From positions 569,007-633,006 of the forward strand of contig NW_015166441.1 of the NCBI RefSeq assembly GCF_001447785.1: a stretch of 64,000 nucleotides of DNA, read 5' to 3'. Origin of the DNA: Gekko japonicus. Taxonomy: Eukaryota. A model generated the notes under the pieces. It made no database searches and was not told where the DNA came from. It was given only the letters and a program-made list of their open reading frames with translations. The translations under genes and the position numbers were made by a program. Positions 1 through 11,200 of this stretch are shown here, one piece after another (the first letter of the stretch is position 1; each line of letters opens with the position of its first letter).

Positions 1-650
1 CTGATGTTTGAAGGTCTCCCTGAGCCACCCCTTCAGGCCATGGATATCGCTTCCTGATTGGCCCGAGGCCCCATCATCTCCTGAGTTTTGGGTGAGGTGG
101 TGGCCCCATGTCCACTACCTTCGCAAAGGCAGTTATATGCTCACTCCACCGAATCTTCTCCACCCATGGGCTGCCGGACACGATAGTCTCTGACAACAGG
201 ACTGCCTTCACGTCAGTGGAGTTCCAGAACTTCCTCCAGAGGAACCTGATCCGGCATGGAAGATCGGCACCTTTACACCCCGTGACCAATGGACAAGTGG
301 AGAGGATGGCTCACACAGCAAAGGAAACCCTCAGCCAGATCACGGAGAGAGACTGGGAGTTCCGGCTCACCCACTTCCTACTGACACAGCGGACAACACC
401 CAACCCTGTCACCAGGGTTGGGTGTTGTCCGCTCTATGCACCGCAGGCCATTGCTCGGCCCAAACTCCCACACACAGGTGAGCCCCCGGCCACACTGCCA
501 GAACCCGAAGAGCCGCTGCTGCCCTCACCACAACCAGAAAAGTCAGCCAGCCAGAGGCAGCCGTAAGCAACCCCGTACCAGCACCCCGGCATTCCCTCCG
601 AGAGCGTGGACCCGCCCACACACCTATCTGCAGGACTATGTAACATAGGT
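1..650 (+). mobile_element. Gypsy/Ty3 LTR retrotransposon, degenerate integrase 3' region
   Basis: ORF 108-566 contains IFSTHGLPDTIVSDN...F...HPVTNGQVER (rve integrase core); similar to the integrase at 53290-53754; frameshifted. Confidence 0.85.
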
Positions 651-675
651 TGAATCGAAACTAAGGGGGGAGGGG

Positions 676-952
676 TGTTTTGTACGTGGACCACCACCAG
701 GGATCCGCGGATAAGCAGGAGCTTGGTCCCCAAACACAAAGGGGACCTTGGATCCTAGTCCACCTAGAGTCCACCAATAGCACCCTTGGCGGGAAATTCA
801 AACCCTCCAATAGGGACAGAGGTGTGCCAGGCGGAGTGTATATAGTTGGCCTTGCAGGGCCCTTTTTCCTTGTCTTGTTGTGAAATACAGTAAACGCGTC
901 TGAACGCATGTCGTAGTCCGAGTTCTCTATGCGTCGAACCCAGTACTTTTCA
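676..952 (+). mobile_element. 3' LTR of the Gypsy element, preceded by a polypurine tract
   Basis: PPT aaggggggagggg at 663-675 directly followed by TG; TATA-like gtatatag ~837; ends ...gtacttttCA. Confidence 0.65.
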
Positions 953-1603
953 GTTTGAGTCGGGTTTTTTACTCTCCAACAACAACAACAAATGTAGAAG
1001 TCAGTGATTTTTAGAAGGGACATGTGATTGCTGCCGCAGATGAATAGGCATATGTGGCTTACATAGTCTGAGATGCTGCAGTTCAGCTCCTGGAAAGTTC
1101 AAGGGACAATGGGAACAGTTCACAGAGATTTTAAATACACATAAGAGTAAGAGGGCCTTAACAAAACTATGCAAATACTGCCCATTACTATAGATAGCTG
1201 CTGGATTTAGAAGTGGATTAAGAAACCTTAGGATAGAAATTAGCACTCAGCAGACTAAACACAGCCTGAAACTTGTTGATGGGGCCACATGTGACTGGCA
1301 GACAGAAATTGGCCTTGGTCTCAACTGTGTAGCTTTGTCTAATATTCCTTCTCCATTCAGTTATTTGGTTTCTGTTGGCTTTTCTGCACACTTGACTTAC
1401 TCTTGATTTTCTTGGCAGTTTATCCACAAGCATTGGAATTGGTTTGGGCACAGTTCTTCTGCACATCTGTCCTCCCTCGCATTTTTATAGTTGCAGAGTC
1501 AGTTTATTTTCTTCTGCACATGCCTTCAATAATGAGGATTTTCAAGGGAGGGTGCTATCTTTATCGGTGGCATCACAGCATCCCCCTTTTTTTAAAAGGC
1601 ACT

Positions 1604-1784
1604 AAAATATTGATATATTGCTAGAGCATTGTAACAATAGGCTTAGCATATTCTCTGAATTCCCAGCTTTCATTTTTTTTAAAGTAAGTCTCTATCTTCT
1701 TACTTTTTAAAAAATGAAAGCTTGGGACTTCAGAGAATATGCTAAGCCTATTGTTACAATGCTCTAGTCATATATCAATATTTT
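1604..1784. repeat. Palindromic MITE-like inverted repeat (~85-bp arms)
   Basis: aaaatattgatatattgctagagcattgtaacaataggcttagcatattctctgaa... is mirrored by ...ttcagagaatatgctaagcctattgttacaatgctctagtcatatatcaatatttt. Confidence 0.8.
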
Positions 1785-3305
1785 CATGCCTTAATCAAAA
1801 AACGACACATTTTCAGGGTGAGGGGGAGAAGAGGGAGTATTTTGACCATAATGGTCCATTCATCAAAAAGTGGGCTAGAAGTGGGGTGGGACTAGGTGGG
1901 ACAAAGAAACATGCACAAGAAAAAAGATGACTCAAAATGATTCTTTTAATGGATTTAATCTACAGTTAGGATTAGAGAAACAGGGAGCTTTCTGCAAGCA
2001 AGAAAATATAATTCTATTTATTAAAGCCCCCAAAATCCTTATGCAGTTTTAGTAATTTGTTACAGATCCAAAGCATTTTGAAATAGAAAGCTTCCAGCTT
2101 TGTTAGAATTACCAGACAAACTTGATTACAAAATTGGATTACCTGCCATTTACGGTAATCTAATTTAAATCTATATTATAAATTACTCTAGTCTAACAGC
2201 TTCTTGAAAGCAGGAGATTGTACCAAGGTCAGTGTGAGCAAAAATGCTTTCCCTTGCAGAATAAATACATTCTATCTTGGCCATGAGTATGTCCAAGCCC
2301 TTGCAGATTTTTTTCTGAACCCAAATTCTGATCATATAATTTACCTGATCATACACAGCAGGAGTCTACAGTTTTTCATGCTCATCATACATACCAGGCT
2401 TTGCACAAACAGCAAATAGCATGTCTGCAGTTCAGGAATTGCATATTTGATTTTCTCCAAAGTAAATAACTCCTTAACTACAAAAACACTAGCACTGTTA
2501 AGAAGGCTTTAATATGCTAGCATTCTGCGAACAGAAAGCTGTTTCTCCCCCCAAAACATGGTAGAACGCTCCAACATGTGAACCTCACCACATTCTGCAG
2601 TGGTACAATCCAGGAGGAAGCGCTGTATCTTATGCTGTTTCTGCACATTTGAATCAACCCTTCGTTGCTCATAAAAGGCATGATGGAAACTGTTGCGCAG
2701 CAAACTGCTTTGGTGGAAGGTCACTGCTGTCAGCCCTGTCAGCCTACCAAATACGTATTTCTTACGTTTTGCAACTAACTCAATTAAATTAAAATTCAAA
2801 GATGTGTTGTCAAGTAATGACAAAGGATACCAACATTGCCAAAGCCTATGGGAAGGATCTTAAGTGTACCTGACAAAACATCATCTGACCCAGGGATCCA
2901 GAGGATGTGGTCTGGATGCCTTGCTTCTGTTGTTCAGTCTTGATTCACTGTCAGAGCAGCCAATTCAGCCATACCTCTCAGCCATTTAATACATCTCCTA
3001 AATGCTCTTTGTAGAATAATGTATGGTAGGCAACAAGAAGCCCAGTCAGACCCAGAGCCTTCCTATTCATCCCATAGCATAGCTTCTATCTAGCTGCTTC
3101 CTTTTATACAAGCTGAGATACTGGAAAAAGAGTTCTTACAGAATTTCTCCACCCGTACTGCCTGCAAAGCAACACAGGCTCTGTTCAGGTTCTCCCCCAA
3201 TGCACATCCTTGGGCTCCTCCCTCTCAAACGGCATCTACCACCAGCCATTACAGTGTATACACAGGGAGAAGATGCCCACACTATGGGCCTGGATGAAAC
3301 CAACT

Positions 3306-3932
3306 TGTTATGTATTTGCTTATTGTATTGCCTAAAGCAGTGGTGGCAAACCTATGGCACGGGTGTCAGAGGTGGCACTCAGAGCCCTCTCTGTGGGCAC
3401 GCGTGCCATCGCCCCAGCCAGGCCCAGGCCATCATTAAAGTGTCGAGTTCTCTGCCAAATAATTTTAAGTAAATGAAAGCATTTGGGATTGCTTTCCTTA
3501 CTTTGTTTGTTTTTTCTAAAGTAAAACCTCAATATTCAGGTTAAATTTGCCGTGTTGGTACTTTGCGATAAATACGTGGGTTTTGGGTCGCAGTTTGGGC
3601 ACTTGGTCTCTAAAAGCTTCGCCATCACTGGCCTAAAGTAAACAAGCTGGAGCTTCAGACACAAGCTCCATAGACTCTTAGGATTCTAAAGTCTGCAGTC
3701 GGATTGGTTGCTGTAGCATGACAGACCAATCCGGAAAGACCCTGACCTTGGCAGGAACAAATCCCATTGGTCCTAAGCTCTCTATCATGATTGGACATTA
3801 CTGTAATAGGGGGTGTGGCCTCGCTAGTTCAAAGTGTATAAAGTTGGATCGTTCTATGGGTGTTGTTGTTGTGTTCTGAGCTAATAAAGAAATCACTTGT
3901 TTGAAACGCTGCCTCGATCTCAGTACATAATA
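3306..3932 (+). mobile_element. Gypsy-type solo LTR, interrupted by a hAT MITE
   Basis: Starts tgttatgta and ends tacataata (inverted termini); 5-bp TSD caact at 3301-3305 and 3933-3937; internal TATA and AATAAA; same start as the LTR at 54416. Confidence 0.75.
3338..3630 (+). mobile_element. Non-autonomous hAT DNA transposon (CAGTGATGGCGAA-type TIR)
   Basis: TIRs cagtggtggcaaa / ttcgccatcactg; perfect 8-bp TSD gcctaaag at 3330-3337 and 3631-3638. Confidence 0.9.
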
Positions 3933-4004
3933 CAACTGTACTGCCAGTTGCCTCCACACCTCCCCAAACTGTGTACTGCCGCAACCATCCAATTTAGTTA
4001 TCAA

Positions 4005-4880
4005 TTATAACTGCCTCACCAATCTTTTGAAGTTCTTTGAGAAACTGAACAAGCATATAGAAAATAGCGATCTGGTAGATACTATATACCTGGACTTTCA
4101 AAAGGCTTTTAATTTGTTCATAAATTATCTCGAATTAAGGGTGAATAGTGTAGTAGCCAAGTTTGCAGATGAGACCAAATTATTCAGGATGGTGAAAACC
4201 AAGGCTGACTGTGAAGAGCTTCAAGACGATCTCCACAAACTGGGTGAGTGGGCGACGACAATGTGGCAGATTAAGTTCAGTGTTGGTAAATGTAAGTGCA
4301 CACTGGAACAAAAAAATCCCAACTTCAAGTATAGACTAATGGGGTCTGAACTTGCTGTGATTGAGGGGGGAAAAGAACTTGGGGTCATAGTAGATAGCTC
4401 AATGAAATTGTCGACCCAGTGTGCTGCCGTGGTGAAAAAGGCAAACCCTATGTTGGGAATTATCAGGAAAGGGAATGAAAATAAGATGGCTGATATTATA
4501 ATGCCCCCATATAGATCTATGGTAAAGCCTGAGTTGGAATACTGTGTGCAGTTCTGATCACTGTTTCTCAAAAGGGACACTGCAGAGCTGGAAAAGGTAC
4601 AGAACAGGGCAACCAAGGTCATTAGGAGGCTGGTGCACCTTCTCTATAAGGAAACGCTGAAGAGTCTGGAACTTTTCAGTTTAGAAAAGAAACGATTAAG
4701 GAGGGGCACGATACAGGATTATACAACTGTACACAGGATAGAGAGAGAGGACCAAGAGAACTATTCCTCTCCCTCCTAAAATACTTGAACTTGAAGGCAT
4801 CCAGTTAAGCTGATGGGCATTAGGTTCAGGACAGACAAAAAGAAACACTTCTTGACACAGTGAGTGATTAAAATGTGAAA
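4005..4880 (+). mobile_element. CR1 LINE ORF2 (RT) fragment
   Basis: ORF 4027-4557: DTIYLDFQKAF, KFADETKL, LGVIVDSSMK, LEYCVQF, all typical of CR1 RT; internal deletion and stops. Confidence 0.9.
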
Positions 4881-4884
4881 CTGG

Positions 4885-6050
4885 GTCAGCTGGGCTGGGA
4901 GAAGGAGCATAGGAGAAAGCTGCTGGGAAGGTGCATTAATGGCTAGGGTGCAGTAACTGAGGTTGCTTTGTGAGAGGACAGTGTTTGAGGGTGAGTGGGT
5001 GCTTGTAGCCTGCTGGAGAGTGGTGTTTTGTTTGTCTGGTTTGTTGCTAATTGAGAAAGGTCTGTTTGCCTGGGGCTGATTGCTGGCTCCACCCTCTGCT
5101 GTTGCTGCTGAGAGGTGTTGACAGTGGCCTCTGAACTCTAAGGCTCTTGGTCAGAGGTGTGAGCCTTTGGCACAAGCTGAAGGGCAGAGCCAAAGGGCTC
5201 TTGGCCTGTGGCTATTACCCTGGGCATCAGGCCTGAGAGCCCTGCGAGAAACTAAGAAGTTTTAAATTCTTTAGTACATGGTTCTGCTGGGGGTGGCTTC
5301 TTCTTGCATGAGGCGAGTTAACTGCCTGCTACTGTCTGACTCCTGAGGATGGAGCCACAGCTCTCAGCTGTAAGGCATAGCTCATGAGTCAAGCCTGTAA
5401 AAGGCACAGAATACTCCTCTGGGGCTTGGTCCCAGGACTTGCTCATAGTGCTTCAAACAGGGGAGTTGAGCTTGGGATGTTGAGGGGGAGCCGACAAGAA
5501 CCCCTCTAGTCCAAGTCTCCTGAGAACCGACATACGAGCTCCACATCAGCAAGGTGGGTGGTGTGCTGCTATATGCTTCCTACTACATGTCAGCTAAGCA
5601 CCCTATGTCACTCTAAGATTCTTTACTCAACTAACCAGTTATGGAGGTAGAAATCCAGCAGGGGAGTGGGGGCTAGCCTTTTCGTCGTTGTTGTTGTTGT
5701 TGTTGTGGAGAGTGCCACATGTATGATTATCTACCCATTGCGTGGAAACCATGGGTGTGTGCTTGCTGCATGGAGCCCTTGGGTCTCAAGAAGCAGGTTC
5801 TTTCCCTTTCGGATTGCCGCCCTGGAGAAGCTGAGGCAAAAATAGAGGCTTGGGGAAGAGACACTCACGGACTTACCAGAACAGTCCCACTCCTGTGTGT
5901 GCTGACAGCTCTTCTGCGTTTGTGGAGAGTGAGAGTCTCAAGGTCAGAGGGCATCAGTCTGAGGAGGGATGTGATCCCTTAGAAGGAACCCCTTCCTTGG
6001 ACCCATTTCCTCTTGTACTGAGGATACCCTTCTGGGGTTGGTGGGAGGTG
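4885..6050 (+). mobile_element. Probable CR1 5' UTR and ORF1 start
   Basis: ECHMYDYLP...WVCACC zinc-finger-like N-terminus at ~5710-5800, preceded by a GC/GT-rich leader. Confidence 0.55.
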
Positions 6051-6054
6051 GGCT

Positions 6055-6230
6055 TGCTTTGCCAGCGGAGGACTCCATAAGGATACAGAAAACTGCTGGG
6101 GGGGGGAGGATGGCACAAGGCTTGCCACTGTTCCTGGCAGCAGCGGCGGCAGCAGTGAGGACTCCATAAAGGGACAGAGAACTGCAGGGGGGAAGGGTGG
6201 CGGGAGGCTTGCCACTGCCCCTGATGGCAG
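6055..6230. repeat. Short tandem repeat, ~90-bp unit
   Basis: gaggactccataa...aactgc.ggggg...ggcttgccactg occurs about twice. Confidence 0.6.
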
Positions 6231-6354
6231 AGAGCGCAAGAAATGTTGAGGGGCTGGGCCAGGGTGGTAAGTTGGGGGGCCCTGGCAGAAAGTCAGGGGG
6301 ATGGGCCCCAGAATGCCCCACTGTAGCTACAGGCCTGAGTCTGCCCCAATGAAT

Positions 6355-7300
6355 TGAACAGAAGGGATGACAGGTTTGGCAAAGGAAATGTAAGTCCATA
6401 ATTAGGCATGCAAAGAGAGATTTTGAGGAGCGGGTTGGTGAAAACATCAAGATGAACAATAAGTATTTCTCTAAATATATCTGGAGCAGGAAACCAGCCA
6501 GAGAAGCAGTTGGGCCTCTGGATGACAAAGGCATAAAGAAGAACAAGTTTGAGTCCAGGGGCACCTTTAAGACCAACAAAGTGTCAACCCAGTGTGCTCC
6601 AGCAGTGAAAAAGGCAAACTCTTATGTCAGGTATTCTTAGGAAAGGGACTGAACATAAAACAGGCGATATTATAATGTCACTGTATAGCTCTATGCTGTG
6701 GCATCATTTAGAATTATGTGTACAGTTCTGGTCACTGTATTTCAAAAAGGACATTGCAGAGCTGGATAAAGTACAGAAGAGGCTGAAGACTCTGGGACTT
6801 CTCAGTTTAGAAAAGAGACAACTAAGGGGAGGCATGATAGAGGTTTATAAAATTATTCATGGGGTGGAGACAGTTGACAAAGAGACATTTTTCTTCCTCT
6901 CCCAAAATACTAAAACTTGAGAGTATCCAATGAAGCTGATGGGCTGTAGATTCAGGAAGGACAAAAGGAAATACTTCTTTACACACAGAGTAATTAAAAT
7001 GTAGAATTCACTGCCAGAGGATTTAGTGATGGCCACAGGAATAAACATCTTTAAGAGGAGATCAGATAGACCTATCCTCTGTGAATCTATCGGTGGCTAC
7101 TAGCCATGGTGACTGGGAGTAACTTCCATATTCAGAGGCACTAAACTTCAGAATCCCAAAGCCAGGAGGCAACATCAGGGGGAGGTCTGGTCTTGGCCTC
7201 TATGCCTTGTTGTTGGATCTCCAGAAGAGCTGGTTGGGCACTGCATGAGACAGGACGCTGGACTAGATGGACTTTTGGTCTGATCTAGCAGGGCTGGTTT
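6355..7300 (+). mobile_element. CR1 LINE fragments including the 3' end
   Basis: KYFSKYIWSRK, HLELCVQFWS, LEKRQLRGGMIEVYKI; CR1 3' UTR gactagatggac...tggtctgatc; short PLE fragment embedded at ~6540-6581. Confidence 0.85.
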
Positions 7301-7572
7301 TTTCACAAACTTGCTATTTTCTTCTTCCTTTTCTATTTCTTTTTCCTTTTGTGTAATGGATATTATATTGTAGGCATTATTTTGAATTGAAAGTCACCTC
7401 CAATGCAATGGCAGAAAAGTGATATATGCATTACCAAATACATTTTTAAACAGTACCTTGCAAGACCCATGTGCAAGCCAAGATACAGGCCAATAAAAAT
7501 GAGCAGAACATAAGGGCAGATCTCAGAGTGCTTTTGGAGGAAGGGGATAAAGAGACCTGTTAAAAATTAAAC

Positions 7573-7652
7573 AGGCATCCAGTAAACACTTTAGTGACTA
7601 ACATATATTCCAGATAAATTTTCATGAGCCAGAGCTCTTCCTCAGATACATG
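7573..7652 (-). mobile_element. Penelope-like element fragment with degenerate hammerhead motif
   Basis: Minus strand TGTATCTGAGGA-AGAGCTCTGGCTCAT-GAAA, then ...ttagtcactaaagtgtttactggatgcc, resembling the other PLE pseudo-LTR ends. Confidence 0.55.
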
Positions 7653-8205
7653 CACATCTAGAAGGGTGATTAATGTATATTGAAAATTAAGATTAAAAAT
7701 AAGTCACCAAACAGGAATATGTAGTAATAATACTCTTTTTGAGAAATCAAGAACCCGCAAATATCTGTACTATTAGCAGAGCAAACGTTCTGCTTTACAT
7801 ATTAATAGAATACCTTATAAATAAAAGCACAGCACCATACTCTAAATTAAAAATAAAACATAATTAACTATGTTTAACCATTTGTTATAAAATTGTTACA
7901 CTTTCCCAGTGAGACAGATGATTAATGTAAGATATTGGAGATGGCAACTTGCTGTAACGTTACATCATGAAAACAGGAAAGCTTGTTTTGATGTCTTTTA
8001 AAACGTTTAACCCATTTTATTCAAAACATCAATTTAGAACAAGGCAAAAGGTAGTGGAAAGAAACTAAAACCTGTCCCATTCTGTACTGGCATTTCAGTT
8101 TCTTAATGAAATTCACAGGGACCCTTACATTTCTGGTCCTAGGCAGGAGAAAAAGCAGAGAAACTTCTCCAAGTCCCTCCTCTCCTATACTTCAGAGGCA
8201 CAAAT

Positions 8206-8400
8206 GTGTGTGTGTATAAAGTGCCATTGAGTCTTAGCTGGATCCCAAGAAGGGGCTTTCAAGGCAAGTGAGAAGCAGAGGTAGTTTGCCATGGTCTTCC
8301 TCTGCAGAGCCTTCCTTGGTGGTCTCCTTTCCAAGTACTGGCCCTGCTTAGCAACCCAGATCTGACCAGCTCGGGCTACAGCACGCCACCTTCCCTCCAT
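8206..8400 (-). mobile_element. 5S rRNA-derived SINE with RTE-like tail
   Basis: Minus strand gcccgagctggtcagatctgggttgctaagcaggg...agtacttggaaaggagacc matches the 5S internal promoter region; (CA)n tail; 8-bp TSD gcacaaat at 8198-8205 and 8401-8408. Confidence 0.7.
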
Positions 8401-8499
8401 GCACAAATTACCAATTTCAAAAATGACAGGTACCAGGGAAATAAAACTTTTTAACTAGAAAGACCTAGGGAAGGGGCTGGTCAAAATTGGTCAGCGGCA

Positions 8500-9070
8500 A
8501 GGCAAATACACTCTGCCTATTACTCAGAGGCGCTCTTATTTACGTACAGGTTCCGGGACTGCACTAGAAAGAGCGTTCCGAGCTAAATCATGGGTGAAGT
8601 GTGGCTCCGAGAAACCCCTCTTTGTTTCCCAACCCCCATTTTTCCCCCCCCCCCCCCCCCCCCTCAGTTGCGCTGGGCGATGTGCTTGGGTCTTCACCTC
8701 TTCTTTCCTTAGCAGTAACGGCACAGGATTCATTGGCTTGCCAGGATGCGACCACGATCGAGAAGGGGAGATCGAGAGACGGGAGGCACGCCCTCGACCA
8801 CCTGCTGGCTGGGGAAAGTTGGGTGAAACCCGCCTGACCATTTCTGCTCTTACCTGAAGCGCAGGTGATGGAGCCGATCGCGATGCAGGGAGAGGGACAG
8901 CGAGACGACGAGCGAAGGGAGGCTGCGGCTGCCTAGCTGGAGACTCTCAAGCGGGGCTGCCGGCTGCACAGACCTGGGCGGAGGAGAGTGTCTGTCCAGT
9001 TGCAGCAGACCCTCCCCGTCTGGCACAGAGGACAGCCCCCGAGGCGGAACTCAGGAAAACAGGGGAAAGA
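8500..9070 (-). promoter_or_regulatory. CpG-rich promoter and probable non-coding first exon of a minus-strand gene (RAB3B by synteny)
   Basis: Local CpG enrichment; strong minus-strand donor CTTCAG|GTAAGAG with exon ending at 8854; RAB3B lies downstream of TXNDC12 in other amniotes; no coding exon in the window. Confidence 0.55.
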
Positions 9071-11200
9071 GCCCCCCCCTTTTCTTACAGGTTGAGATCA
9101 GGATTCAGGAACAATCATTGCAGAGGGGGCTGGCAAGAGCATCAGTCTGAGCCCAGCCCACACTGCTGAGGTCCTTCCTCTCTCCTGTGAAGTTCTGCTT
9201 GTTCTCACATCCTACTCTTCCTTCCCCATCAACAGATACACCCCATGGAATTCTCCTTGCAGTTTTGTTTCCCCTTCTCTTGTAGCTCCAACAAAAGAAT
9301 GCAATGCCTTCGTGCATGTGCAGAGTGTCCTCTGCTGACTACTAAATTGCAGCTACCCTTTCTTTAAAAAGGTAAGACTTTCAGGACCTTCACAAAAACT
9401 AATTAGAAATAGGGAAGTATAGGGCAGCCTGCCCTTCTGAAAGAATACATAAGCAGTAACATGTTGAAAATCCACAAACAGAATTATACATTCCCTTGTG
9501 TATATCCCACCATGATCTCCCAGGCACACATATACAGGCATGTAGCATAAGAGCTATAAGCTCAGTGACACCAGCATTATGACAACCCATAAATACTCAG
9601 TGCATATGCAGTAACATATCCTACACTACATGCTGAGCTTCATATAGCCACATAGCAACAGGGGTGTACACATTCCCCCTCCCAAGAATGCTATTAAGAG
9701 AGCTATAAGAAGATTTTAGTATATAAATTCACCCAGTCTTTCACCCAGCTGCAGGTATGTATGAGATTGCCGTTTCCCTGCAGTCAAATAAGATCTACAT
9801 CACAAGCTACAAACTTACCTCCACACACATTTGTTTGTCACACCCACCCACTTGCAAGACCCTGAACCCCACAAGCCACTGCTGCACAAAAACAGGTTGC
9901 CCTTTGAATACAAATATAAGCTATTGATGGAGAAATTATGATTCTGTTGGATTCAGTCGGAGGGGTCCAAAGAAGCAAAACTATATGCAGTAGAAGCAAA
10001 GCCTTTATTCATTGATACAAAACCACTGTGGCTGTAACTTGTGGCAATGGAGGGTTATAGGTATGAGGTATTCCATTTGTAAATAGCTGTTCCTTACTTA
10101 CAGGAAAATATAGTTGGTAAATTTTGACGACTTTCTAGAAAACAAAAATACAACATTTAGGTATTACAGATGGTCCCATAGACTGAATTTGTATTTCTGT
10201 CATTTTGAAAAATTCAGCCTTTCCAAATTCTTGATCATACACTGTGATTTTGAAAAGTTCACTGCATATATATTTGTAACTTTGTGAATATGTATTAAAG
10301 AGGTAATTATATTTTCTAAACATTGGACAGTTTCCTTCAGCTACAAAGGAAAGCAATGGATTTTAACCAAATCCTACAAGGGGGATTAATACTAAACATA
10401 TATAAAGCCCAATTTTTTCTCAGAAATAGAGATATTCCCTCCTCCAGTCCCACATCTTTTAAAGAGACCGGACAATAAGAAAAAATGTTAAAAATGCCTT
10501 TTTTGGCATCCTGTCTCCCATGTACAGGCTCATAATTTGAGGAAATCACAGACATAGGACATAAAGTAGATTTGCTGGTTTATTAAATTACATATTGTAG
10601 CTACAATGAACAGACAAGCTACTCCACCTGGTGGTTAATTGAATAGTATACACTTTTTAAAAAAGTTATTTTAAACAACTTCCCAAGCTTATATACATTT
10701 ATGCACTTCTGCAGTGTATTTTTTCTAAAGAAGCATTTTTTTACCATGCAAATATACTAAATGGATTTTTTTCTTTTGTCCCAAGCAGAATGTAAACGAA
10801 AAGAGGTATTAACAGGAAGAATGAGTTGAAATACACTGCAGCAAATGCAAAAGTTGACATTAGTATGTTACTCATACTGAAAACAGTAACAACCACAGAC
10901 TATGGGCCTGTTCCCTTAGCCCCGAAAGAACTGTACTGGGCCAAGCTCATATGGAGGTATGTTTGTGGGTACCAGCACCTCTAGAGAGTGAATCTACAGG
11001 CAACCATTCCAGTGGAGGTTGCAACACTTGCAATTCATGGCCTGTGTGCGCATGCATATATGTTATCTCACTTATATGTGACTACTAGTTTACATAAACA
11101 GTGCCTCCAAATAAACTCAACAGGCAGGCCCACCCTGTTATAACAAAATTGCAAAGGGTGATAGTACTCATATGTAAACAAAACCTAACAGACAACAGCG

